Shown piece after piece: positions 1-8,500 of a DNA stretch of 24,638 bases. The notes beneath the pieces were generated by a model that was not told the origin of the DNA, made no database searches, and was given only the letters and a program-made list of their open reading frames with translations. Origin of the DNA: a virus (lineage: Duplodnaviria > Caudoviricetes); the IMG/VR virus record IMGVR_UViG_3300027813_000086, positions 1 to 24,638 of that record. The stretch is one strand, 5' to 3'. Numbering within the stretch: position 1 is the stretch's first letter; each line of letters begins with the position of its first letter. The translations under genes and the position numbers were made by a program.

Positions 1-969
1 AGTTGCATACATGTTTCTCCATTTATAGTTTGAATCACCAATGTCATACGTTGCTGTAGTTGTTGGAATAAGTCCAGTTGCTTGAACATGGAATGTTTCT
101 GTTGTTACACCACCACTTGACTTAACTTTAAATCTAATTTTTTGACCAGTTGTGTTTTCAATAACTGCTTCGTTTCCAGCACCTGCTGTATCAATAAAAA
201 TATGCAAGTCATTTGCCGCGCCAACTGTTAATCCAGTATCTGCAAGTCTAACTACACTACTAAAGTTTGCCGCTCCGGCTAGTGCAAAGTCTGTTGCAAG
301 TGTTCCGCCTAGTCTTTCAGCATTGGTTGCTGTACCATGGAATCTATGTGCTGAACTAGTAACACCACTTACACCACTAGTTGTATTTCTTAGGGTAAGT
401 CCTTGGCGTACTACATCAAAACCAGTAATGGTATTTGCTGGATCAGTAGTATCAATTGTAAATTCTGCGTTACTAACAATAAACACAACTCCGTCATCAA
501 CAGTACCTTTAATTACAGTTCTATTAACCTGTGTATCGTCACGTACTTGAGCAGTAACCATTGCACTAACTGTTTCACCAATTGATTGTGGACCAATTAG
601 GACAAATCCACCATCGGCATTCTGTGCGTATAATTGATTGTTACTAGTATCCCACCAAAAATCACCTGTTGTTAATCCAACTGGTTGTGTTGCGGAAATT
701 TCTGCTCCGCCTGTTGTTCTAAACTTAGTTCCATCATAGAACTTTAGCTTTTTTAATGAACTGTCAAACCAAACTTGGCCGCTTATTGGACCTGCTGGTT
801 GATTTCCGCTAGAGAAACTTTCTAGCAAATGGATAAAGTTTTCGTTTTGAATTTCACCATAACCAGCATAGTTCTTACCTACTAATTTAAGTGAAGTACT
901 CTGGTCAATGGTTCCGTCTTCGACCGTTACTAACGATCCCCCATTTGTTAAATTTATTACGTATGCCAT
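1..969 (-). CDS. Tail fibre-like structural protein, paralog 3 (3'-truncated by window edge, at least 323 aa)
   Basis: Not in the ORF track because it has no stop in the window. Manual translation from ATG 969: MAYVINLTNGGSLVTVEDGTIDQSTSLKLVGKNYAGYGEIQNENFIHLLESFSSGNQPAGPISGQVWFDSSLKKLKFYDG... to ...LIPTTTATYDIGDSNYKWRNMYAT at base 1. The N-terminus aligns by eye with the two upstream genes. GGGG RBS-like run at 977-980 and TATAAATA at 996-1003. Confidence 0.9.
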   Translation of the reverse strand, partial: MAYVINLTNGGSLVTVEDGTIDQSTSLKLVGKNYAGYGEIQNENFIHLLESFSSGNQPAGPISGQVWFDSSLKKLKFYDGTKFRTTGGAEISATQPVGLTTGDFWWDTSNNQLYAQNADGGFVLIGPQSIGETVSAMVTAQVRDDTQVNRTVIKGTVDDGVVFIVSNAEFTIDTTDPANTITGFDVVRQGLTLRNTTSGVSGVTSSAHRFHGTATNAERLGGTLATDFALAGAANFSSVVRLADTGLTVGAANDLHIFIDTAGAGNEAVIENTTGQKIRFKVKSSGGVTTETFHVQATGLIPTTTATYDIGDSNYKWRNMYAT

Positions 970-995
970 TTATTAACCCCTAATTGTGTTATATG

Positions 996-1003
996 TATTT
1001 ATA
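996..1003 (-). promoter_or_regulatory. T4-type late promoter TATAAATA
   Basis: Plus strand tatttata = TATAAATA on minus, a perfect match to the T4 gp55 late promoter consensus, 26 nt upstream of ATG 969; contains the TAA stop of the upstream gene (999-1001). Confidence 0.75.
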
Positions 1004-2840
1004 CTAAACTGCCCGGAGTAAGGTCTTGTACATATGCCCATGCCCCTGATCCAATTCTAAATAATTTAAGTGTTCTTGCTACTGTAGATGTGATGTTACC
1101 AGTAGCATCATTAAATGTAGCACTTTGGATAACACTTACAGATCCATCATCGTTGCCACTTCCATCTTTTTGCTGAACAAGTGTTGTACTTTCGTTAAAC
1201 GCTGTGTTCAAAGCTGATCCTGTTAGTGTAGCTGTAGCACCTGTTGTTGTTGAACAGTGTACTCTAGCTTCTGTACCATTTTGTTTAGTGCCTGCTGGAG
1301 CAATATCGTTCAAAATAGTAGCAATATTTGTATGCTGTTGTGATGTTCCGCCTGTTCCTAAACCTGTAACGTCTAATGCTAGTGCTAACACTTCTAAATT
1401 AATGCTACTATCGACATATGCTTTAGTAGCAACGTCTTGATCAGCTGTTGGATCACTAACATTCCTAATTTGTCTTGGTGTAACAAGATTAATGTTACCT
1501 GCCGCAGTAAGGTTTATACCATTGCCACTGGCGTCAACTGTAGTTGTAGTTAAATTATTACCGCCTGTAAAGCTAAAACTACCAATATTAGCTGATGTCA
1601 ACGCACCAATACTTGTAATACCAACACCAGCTGAGCCAGTAATAATATCAACACCATTAAATTTAAGTGAACTTGCACCTGTTAAGTTTAAACTAACATT
1701 TGACGTCCAAGCATTTGTTGCATTACGCCATAACAGTTCTTTAGTACCATTTGATGATGCTACTGTTATACCTGCTTGATCGACTCCTGTGTCGTCTAAT
1801 AATGTACTGTCGTCACCTTTAGCAAGTTCAATACTTTTATCTCTTACTAATAATGTCTGTACGTCTAAACTAGTTGTGTCTCCATCAACAATTAAGTTTC
1901 CAGCAACTCTCATGTTACCACCAACATCTAATGTTTGTGTTGGACTTGTGTTATAGATACCAATTCTGCTATTTGTAGAATCAATAGTCATTGCATCAGT
2001 TTTGCCGCCACTTGTAGTCATTCTAAATGTATAGTTTTGATTACTAACATTGTTTTCGTTTACAACACCTTGTGATGTTACTTTAACAACATTGTTATCT
2101 GTAAGTCCTACTGTAAGTCCGTTATTGTTTCTAACTGTTAATGCACCTGATGTTGCATCGTCTGAGTCACTTGCAAGGAACTGTGCCGCTGTTCTTGATA
2201 CATTATTACTATCAACTAGTGCTGATGTTTTTGATGCTGTACCAGCAAAAATAAAGTCATCGTCAACTGTATTAAATCCTTTAAAAACATCGCCTGTAAA
2301 TCCTGCAATAGTATCAACGTTCTGTGGTGTAAATGCAACCTTACTCCATAGTCCAACAAATGTTCCGCCAATCCAATATTTTACAATAGTTCTACTTGTA
2401 CCTGTTTGGTCAAGTACTGTAATTACTTCAGGACCTGACTTACCTTGGAATGCATTATAAATTGGTCCTGCTAATTCTAAGTCTGTACCATCAAAGAAGT
2501 AAAGTTGGTTCGCATCATTATTAATCCACATGTCACCTGCAACCATTGTAGGTTGTGTAGGTTGTACAATTGGTCCGCCGCCTGTGGTCCAATCAGTACC
2601 TGTGTATACTTTTAATCTGCTGTTTGAAGTATCCCACCAAATTTGTCCTGCAAGTGGATTAGCTGGAGAAGAAGTGTTAGCAAAATTTTCTAACATCTTA
2701 ACAAAGTTTTCGTTTATACTTTCGCCAAACCCTGTATAGTTTTTACCAATTAATGTAATATCAGTACTTGCTACATCAATTTGTCCGTCTGCTAGGTTTA
2801 CAAGTAATGCACCACTAGTCTTATTAATTTGATATGCCAT
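999..2840 (-). CDS. Tail fibre-like structural protein, paralog 2 (613 aa from the MAYQ start)
   Basis: The track starts at TTG 2852; ATG 2840 is preferred because it gives MAYQIN (matching MAYTIN and MAYVIN in the paralogs), lies 1 nt after the upstream TAA and follows GGGGG. Fibre-type motifs: RIGIYNTSPTQTLDVGGN, GNLIVDGDTTSLDVQTLLVRDKSIEL and a YadA-neck-like IRNVSDPTADQDVATKAYVD. Confidence 0.85.
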   Translation of the reverse strand: MAYQINKTSGALLVNLADGQIDVASTDITLIGKNYTGFGESINENFVKMLENFANTSSPANPLAGQIWWDTSNSRLKVYTGTDWTTGGGPIVQPTQPTMVAGDMWINNDANQLYFFDGTDLELAGPIYNAFQGKSGPEVITVLDQTGTSRTIVKYWIGGTFVGLWSKVAFTPQNVDTIAGFTGDVFKGFNTVDDDFIFAGTASKTSALVDSNNVSRTAAQFLASDSDDATSGALTVRNNNGLTVGLTDNNVVKVTSQGVVNENNVSNQNYTFRMTTSGGKTDAMTIDSTNSRIGIYNTSPTQTLDVGGNMRVAGNLIVDGDTTSLDVQTLLVRDKSIELAKGDDSTLLDDTGVDQAGITVASSNGTKELLWRNATNAWTSNVSLNLTGASSLKFNGVDIITGSAGVGITSIGALTSANIGSFSFTGGNNLTTTTVDASGNGINLTAAGNINLVTPRQIRNVSDPTADQDVATKAYVDSSINLEVLALALDVTGLGTGGTSQQHTNIATILNDIAPAGTKQNGTEARVHCSTTTGATATLTGSALNTAFNESTTLVQQKDGSGNDDGSVSVIQSATFNDATGNITSTVARTLKLFRIGSGAWAYVQDLTPGSLV

Positions 2841-2841
2841 A

Positions 2842-4923
2842 TTAGCCCCCAACTCCTGTATAGATAATGTAACTTACTGTTAAGAAAGGATTCATAACGT
2901 TGTATGGTTCGCCTAACTCTGTAATATCAAATGTTTCGTATTCTTCTAAACCTGTATTACTATTATAAACAATATTTCGTCTGTTTAAAACACCACCACT
3001 TGATGTTCTTGCTTGTCCTGCATTTGATCCTGTTGGAGCATCATACGGGATAGTATCAGCATCTTGTTGAGCACCACTATCATCAAGTATTACGTAGAAC
3101 TGAGCACCTTTTGGTGATCTTAAATCATGTTCGTGTTCTGGTAAGTTTTTAACATCAATTGATCTTGCTTCAACACCTGATGCTAGTCCAACTGTATCAG
3201 CGTTAACATCTGATACTCTGTTAGCACTTGATCCGCCCATGTTATCAGCACCTAGTGCAAATCTACCTCTAAAATCTGGTAGTCCAAAGAAACCTGATGC
3301 AACCTGACTTTGGTCTTTAAACTGATATTGAATACTGTTATACAATGACAAGTAATCAGAAATTCTAACTTCTGTCCCGTCACATAACACCCAACCTGCT
3401 GGTGTGTTAACACCTCCAAATGGTACAATAGTTCCAACTGGAATAACTGGTACACTACTAACTAGTGCGGCTTGTGAAATCTTAAATACACCGGTATCAT
3501 CACCTGAAATTCTGTTAATAATAATTTCATCATCTGTGTTAGGTGTTGTAGCAAGTGTTTTGTTAGCAATAAATGTATTACTAATTGCTGTTGTAAATGT
3601 TTTTGTTGTGCCGCCAACTTGTCCATCAAATGTAATTTGATTGGAACTTACATCTCCTAATAGCTCAAACGTACTTGCACTTGTAAGTTTATTAGCATTT
3701 GCCGCTCCACCTGTAACCGTACCTGTAATGTTACCAATTAAGTTACCTCTAAATTCAACTGCATGTACTGCTGACCAACGGTTGGTGCTTGTACCTAATG
3801 AATATTGTTGTGTCGAAGCTGGTGTTACTGATCCTACTGTACTTGATCCTGCAACACTTAAATCTGTACCTACAAATAGTTTCTTAGCAATGCCAACACC
3901 GCCGCTAATTTTAACTGCGCCAGTTCCAATACTTGCACTGTCTGTTGTACCTTGTACAATTAAGTTTGCACTTGTTTGTATTGAACCTGCTACGTCTAAT
4001 GCTTCTGCAGGTGATAGGGTATTAATACCAACTTTTTCAGTTGAGTCAATTCTAATAACATTTTTCTGTACGCCTAAGTTATTAACTTTAAAGTCAATTG
4101 GTGCGCCTGATGTTAAGTTAGTAACAACACCTGATGTACCTTGTACATCAAATGTAACAATAGCATCCTGTCCTACTTGTATACCTGAGTTATTACTAAT
4201 TGTTAATTTTTGTGATGATGTACTTGCAACATCACTTCTTAAAAAGTTACTTGCCGCAACACTTGCTCCTGATACAACTAAGTTTTCTGCTTTTTCACTT
4301 GTACCAAGATACTTTGCTATTCCGTCTCCACCAATATTTGCTGACGATAAGTTCAAGCCAGGCTGAATAATTGTAAATCCTGGGATTGTACTCTTAGGTT
4401 GGAATGTTCTTGTTGAATAAATTGCTATTGGTGATCCGCTAACTTCAAGCTGAAGAATAGTATAAAGTACTTCATCTTTGCCTGTTACTACAACAGGCTT
4501 TGCACCTGTTAATAAACCATCACTATATTCTGGTCCAACTAGTGTCCAACCACTACCTGTAAAAATATACAACTGGTTGTTGTCTGTGTCTGACCAAAGA
4601 TCACCTTGTAGTGCATTTGCTACGTCTGGTGCATTGTTTCCTTTTTTAAGTCCACTAGCACTAACCCAACCTGTACCGTCGTATAGTTTTAAAGTATCAA
4701 CTCCTGTTGAACTGTCATACCATAATTGTCCTTGGATTGGATTTCTTGGTGCTGATGTGTTAGCAAAGTTTTCTAATTGTTTTAGAAAGTTTTCGGCAAT
4801 AACTGACCCATAACTAGTAGTGTTACGTCCAGGAATATCTAGACTTGTTTGCTGATTAATTGTACTATCTTCAATTGAGATAGTTCCCTTATTCGTGTCT
4901 GAGTAGTTAATTGTATATGCCAT
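2842..4923 (-). CDS. Tail fibre protein with C-terminal phage tail-collar domain, paralog 1 (693 aa)
   Basis: Shared MAYxIN N-terminal module; collar signature IPVGTIVPFGG..PAGWVLCDG...Y..LY..I...F.LPDFRGRF (about 3250-3445) followed by NLPEHEH and a closing NVMNPFLTVSYIIY, as in collar-plus-tip short fibres. Start overlaps the upstream stop (TAATG). Confidence 0.88.
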   Translation of the reverse strand: MAYTINYSDTNKGTISIEDSTINQQTSLDIPGRNTTSYGSVIAENFLKQLENFANTSAPRNPIQGQLWYDSSTGVDTLKLYDGTGWVSASGLKKGNNAPDVANALQGDLWSDTDNNQLYIFTGSGWTLVGPEYSDGLLTGAKPVVVTGKDEVLYTILQLEVSGSPIAIYSTRTFQPKSTIPGFTIIQPGLNLSSANIGGDGIAKYLGTSEKAENLVVSGASVAASNFLRSDVASTSSQKLTISNNSGIQVGQDAIVTFDVQGTSGVVTNLTSGAPIDFKVNNLGVQKNVIRIDSTEKVGINTLSPAEALDVAGSIQTSANLIVQGTTDSASIGTGAVKISGGVGIAKKLFVGTDLSVAGSSTVGSVTPASTQQYSLGTSTNRWSAVHAVEFRGNLIGNITGTVTGGAANANKLTSASTFELLGDVSSNQITFDGQVGGTTKTFTTAISNTFIANKTLATTPNTDDEIIINRISGDDTGVFKISQAALVSSVPVIPVGTIVPFGGVNTPAGWVLCDGTEVRISDYLSLYNSIQYQFKDQSQVASGFFGLPDFRGRFALGADNMGGSSANRVSDVNADTVGLASGVEARSIDVKNLPEHEHDLRSPKGAQFYVILDDSGAQQDADTIPYDAPTGSNAGQARTSSGGVLNRRNIVYNSNTGLEEYETFDITELGEPYNVMNPFLTVSYIIYTGVGG
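3250..3445 (-). other. Phage tail collar domain (PF07484-like)
   Basis: PVGTIVPFGG...PAGWVLCDG...LPDFRGRF matches the collar-domain pattern known from T4 gp12-type fibres. Confidence 0.85.
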
Positions 4924-5534
4924 TATTCGTTAAACCCCGATAAACTTTGTACACGCACAGTATAATCAATTTGAATAAGTCTATTCAAACTCTTTTGTAC
5001 TGGGTGGAAAATTACATGTGTTAACAGTCTACCTTGTCCTGATGGTAGGTAACTTACTAATCCTAATTCATCAAATACATATAAACTATTAGCGTTAGTT
5101 GCGTTATCAACAGCGTCTTGTCCACTAGGCTCACCGTAATCAAGTAAACAGCTAACAACAATATCTGTGTAGTTAGTACCACTTACGTGTCTTGATTCAA
5201 TTTTGTTTCTTGCAGGATCAGTGTTATTAACACTTCTGTCATCAACAACTTTAATGAATGTTTGGTTATAAAGACTAGCATTAGTACCTGTACTGTTAGG
5301 TGTTAGGTATGTAATAATTCCAGTAGGGTCAATACTAGTTCCTCCGTTGCCAAACGCCATTTGATAAATGGTACCTTGTCCTGCATTAGCTAAACTTTCT
5401 GCAAGTGAAATACTCATATTTTCATAGTGGATAGCATTACGTTTATCGACTATAACTTCGCCCGTTTCAGGGTTAGAAATTTTAATATGTCCTTGGAGCA
5501 TTACTCCGTTCTCTTCTTTTATGTTATCAATCAT
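4923..5534 (-). CDS. Baseplate-associated structural protein (203 aa), possible stand-alone fibre-docking (DUF3751-like) domain
   Basis: Intact ORF with AGGA/AAGGT RBS, between the giant wedge gene and the fibres. Motif order MAFGNGG / LYNQTF / FDELGL / LLTHVIFHPVQK resembles the A.G.G / L.NE / .E.GL / L.A...P..K pattern of baseplate-proximal fibre domains. The CDS is secure; the product is inference. Confidence 0.6.
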   Translation of the reverse strand: MIDNIKEENGVMLQGHIKISNPETGEVIVDKRNAIHYENMSISLAESLANAGQGTIYQMAFGNGGTSIDPTGIITYLTPNSTGTNASLYNQTFIKVVDDRSVNNTDPARNKIESRHVSGTNYTDIVVSCLLDYGEPSGQDAVDNATNANSLYVFDELGLVSYLPSGQGRLLTHVIFHPVQKSLNRLIQIDYTVRVQSLSGFNE

Positions 5535-5546
5535 ACCTTTTTCCTA

Positions 5547-5559
5547 TACTGTATTTATT
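5547..5559 (-). promoter_or_regulatory. Late-promoter-like box AATAAATACAGTA
   Basis: Identical 13-mer to 24151-24163; TAAATA core; overlaps the TAA stop (5555-5557) of the giant gene; 12 nt upstream of ATG 5534. Confidence 0.7.
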
Positions 5560-8500
5560 TGGGTAGCTCCACCTTTTCCGCCTTAAAGAAACGTGCTACT
5601 AAACTTTCCGCATCATTAAGTGAAATTCCTGGATCTGTCCAGCGTTTTCCTTGTCTTCTGACAACTTTTACCTTCGCGTTCACTGCTGGTGTATTTAACA
5701 GAGTTACGTTTGCTGTTGTACCATCTATTGAAAACTCTGCTAGTGCTGTTTGATCAGCTTCAGGAGAGTCTTGATCTAGTGCAGGATTAAACAGTTGAAT
5801 TGCATTTTTACGCAATCTTTTACCTGCAACAAACACTTCAAACTCATTTATACTTGTAGGAGTAAATGATAATGGAAATACTGCTGTTGATCCGTCACCT
5901 ATTTGTTCGTCTACAATAGTTTGATCCATATAAGGTGCTGTTTGTGTTGGTCCTTGGTTGTATATATCACTTCCTGATTCATGCACACTAGGAACACCTG
6001 TACCTAATGTACCTCTTTGTATTTGACGTAATACATTGCCTTGCTTAATTAAATATTCAATACGTTCACCGTTAATAAACAAAATACCTGGAATACTGCT
6101 GTTCTTATCAGGTTGACTTAAATTACTTGCATCATCTAAGAATATTTCTTTATCAAACGTTGCTAAATCTTTTGCAAGTTTAAGTGGTGCAACATCTCCA
6201 AGTCTTTTGTAAATATTTCTATTTAAAATATCTTTAAACTGACTAAATCCAAATTTAGGTGTAACTTCGCCAGTAGCACTAAATTGTATAACTTCAACTA
6301 CATCATTATCTACAAATGATCCGTTATACTTAACAAAGTTCTTGTCGTCTGTTAACTTATAATCAACACTTGGCGTTTGTAATATACCGTTAACTATTAC
6401 CCAAACATATTGTGCATCGATTGCAGGATATCTTAGTTTAACTAATCCTGCTTTAATATGATTGAACTGTATGTGGTCTTCGGTGCCAACTGAGATAGTA
6501 GATCTAGTAACAATATCAAAGTTTTGTCTTTCAAAGTCCATACTATCATGTTTATTAAATGTGTATACTGTAAGTTTTTCGCCGTCTATAGGTGCTGTAG
6601 TTAACTGTAAATTTGCTCCGCTGTCAACCCAAGTATTCTGATTGTTGATAATTTGTATATCACCAAATGCATATTCGCCATCTGTTTTTAGATATACTTC
6701 TAATACATCGCCTTCAACACCAATCCCTGGTTCAAGTATAACACTACTGTTTGCAGGACGAATATTATATTCAACTGCAATAGTAAGTTCTACACCATTA
6801 AGCAATACTAATAAGTCTGAGTTATCAAAACTACCAATTGGAGTTTGCCATATTTCTAAATAGTATTCTCTTGCTAGTGCTGTTACTGCAAACTGTTGAT
6901 TGTATCCAGGATTTAAAATTTTATTCCCTTGCTTAACAATTACATTATGACTGTTTGGTAATGCACTGTACGGAGTTTTTGCTAGTGTAAATATTCTAGT
7001 ACTTCCGTCACCTACAAATTCTGTTGTTTCAATTTTACTAAAACTATCAACTGCTGTATAAATTGCATAGTTAATTACGCTGTTGTCTGGTGGCGCCTTA
7101 CCAAATACAATCATTGCTTTTGGATCTTTGTCTGTACTATCACCGCTAGATGTTAGTACCGATTCAACTGGTTCTCCGTTAACTGTTGCATAATAGTCTA
7201 ACTTTTTATCATAATGTATTTTAGTAATATATGCATTTGTGCTTCCGTCACCTTTAAATTCATTTTGCTCTAAGGAATTCTTACCATTGCCACTAATTGA
7301 TAAAATGTTTACATCTTGATTAATATTAGGTACTGTATTAAAAGTAACTGTTTTAGTTCTATAATCAACAGTATATAAAGACTGTGCTTGAATTGTATCA
7401 TTAAGTTTAACAATTAAGCCTTCTTTGTTTTGTGGTTGAATGCCAAAGTTATAAGATCCTATTACACCATCTGTTCTGTAAGAATTGCTTGACAATATAC
7501 TACCACCATCTTTTGGTCTATGGAACACTCTAATGTTAACAGTATCTAATACTTGTCCTGGAACTTGCTCTTCAGGACCTTTACTTGTTGTTGGAGAAAC
7601 AAAGTCATCACCATCGATAATAATTTCTTCGGGGTTAATACCTCTTGCTGTACTAAATGCTAAATCGCCTCCAGTTAGTACAGTATCATATGATCTTGGA
7701 TCTGGTAAAAATGCTCCGTCGGAAGTAGTTTTTCTAAATACAAGTATATCTCCTGATCCAGTTGGAATATTTTCTTCATCAAATACAATTATACTACTTG
7801 CTAAATCTCCAGCATCATCAAACAATGCAACACCAGTTTGTCCTGCACCTGTAATACTTGTCATCTTAGCATTTACATTTTTTTGGTCTGCTGTTCCGTA
7901 ATTAGGATCATCAATTCTTATACCGTTTTTGTAAATATTATAAACTATTCCTGATACTAATGGACTAGCAAAGTTTAATACTCGCGTACTATCATCACCA
8001 ATTTGGAAAATTTCATCTTCAAATGTAGTATCAAATGTATCGTAAGTTGTTGTAAACCATTCATCTGAATCCCAACCACTACCTGTACCAAAGTCAAAAC
8101 TGCTAACTTCTACTCCGCCGTAATCAATACCTTCCATTAACTGTCCAAGATCGTTTCCGTACATTCCTGTAGTTGGATTATAGTATAAATTAATTCTATC
8201 TTGTGCTTGCAATAGCTCTGGTGCTTTGTTATATTTTACAACAACTGTTTTGTTTACTGCAAGTGCATTAGTGAATGTAATACGTCCTACACTTCTTGTA
8301 TAACCTTTAGTAGTATCTTGAACATTACTAAACTTATATTCACTACGCAATGATTCTAATCCGTCAACTGTAACTGTAATTTCTGTTGACTTTAACTGTG
8401 TTGGCCATTTTAGATTAAATATTTGTTGATCTATAGTTGAAGTAAATGTTTCAGTTTCGGCCAGTACTTGAAATAAGTATGTTCCTGTAACTCTATCAAA

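Noticed and set aside
2841-2852. TTG start at 2852 giving an MGAN extension
   Set aside because: Overlaps the upstream gene end; ATG 2840 matches the paralog N-termini and has an RBS-like G-run.
152-4813. Plus-strand ORFs of 60-241 aa (e.g. 152-550, 2050-2460, 3641-4366, 4478-4813)
   Set aside because: All lie antisense to the fibre genes, mostly in mirror frame, with Pro/Val/Leu/Ser-rich composition expected from reverse-complemented Gly/Thr/Asn codons; no recognisable motifs.
1-4923. Diversity-generating retroelement or invertible tail-fibre cassette
   Set aside because: No reverse transcriptase, recombinase, near-identical template/variable repeat pair or inverted crossover sites seen; all fibre genes are co-oriented. 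A template elsewhere in the genome cannot be excluded.
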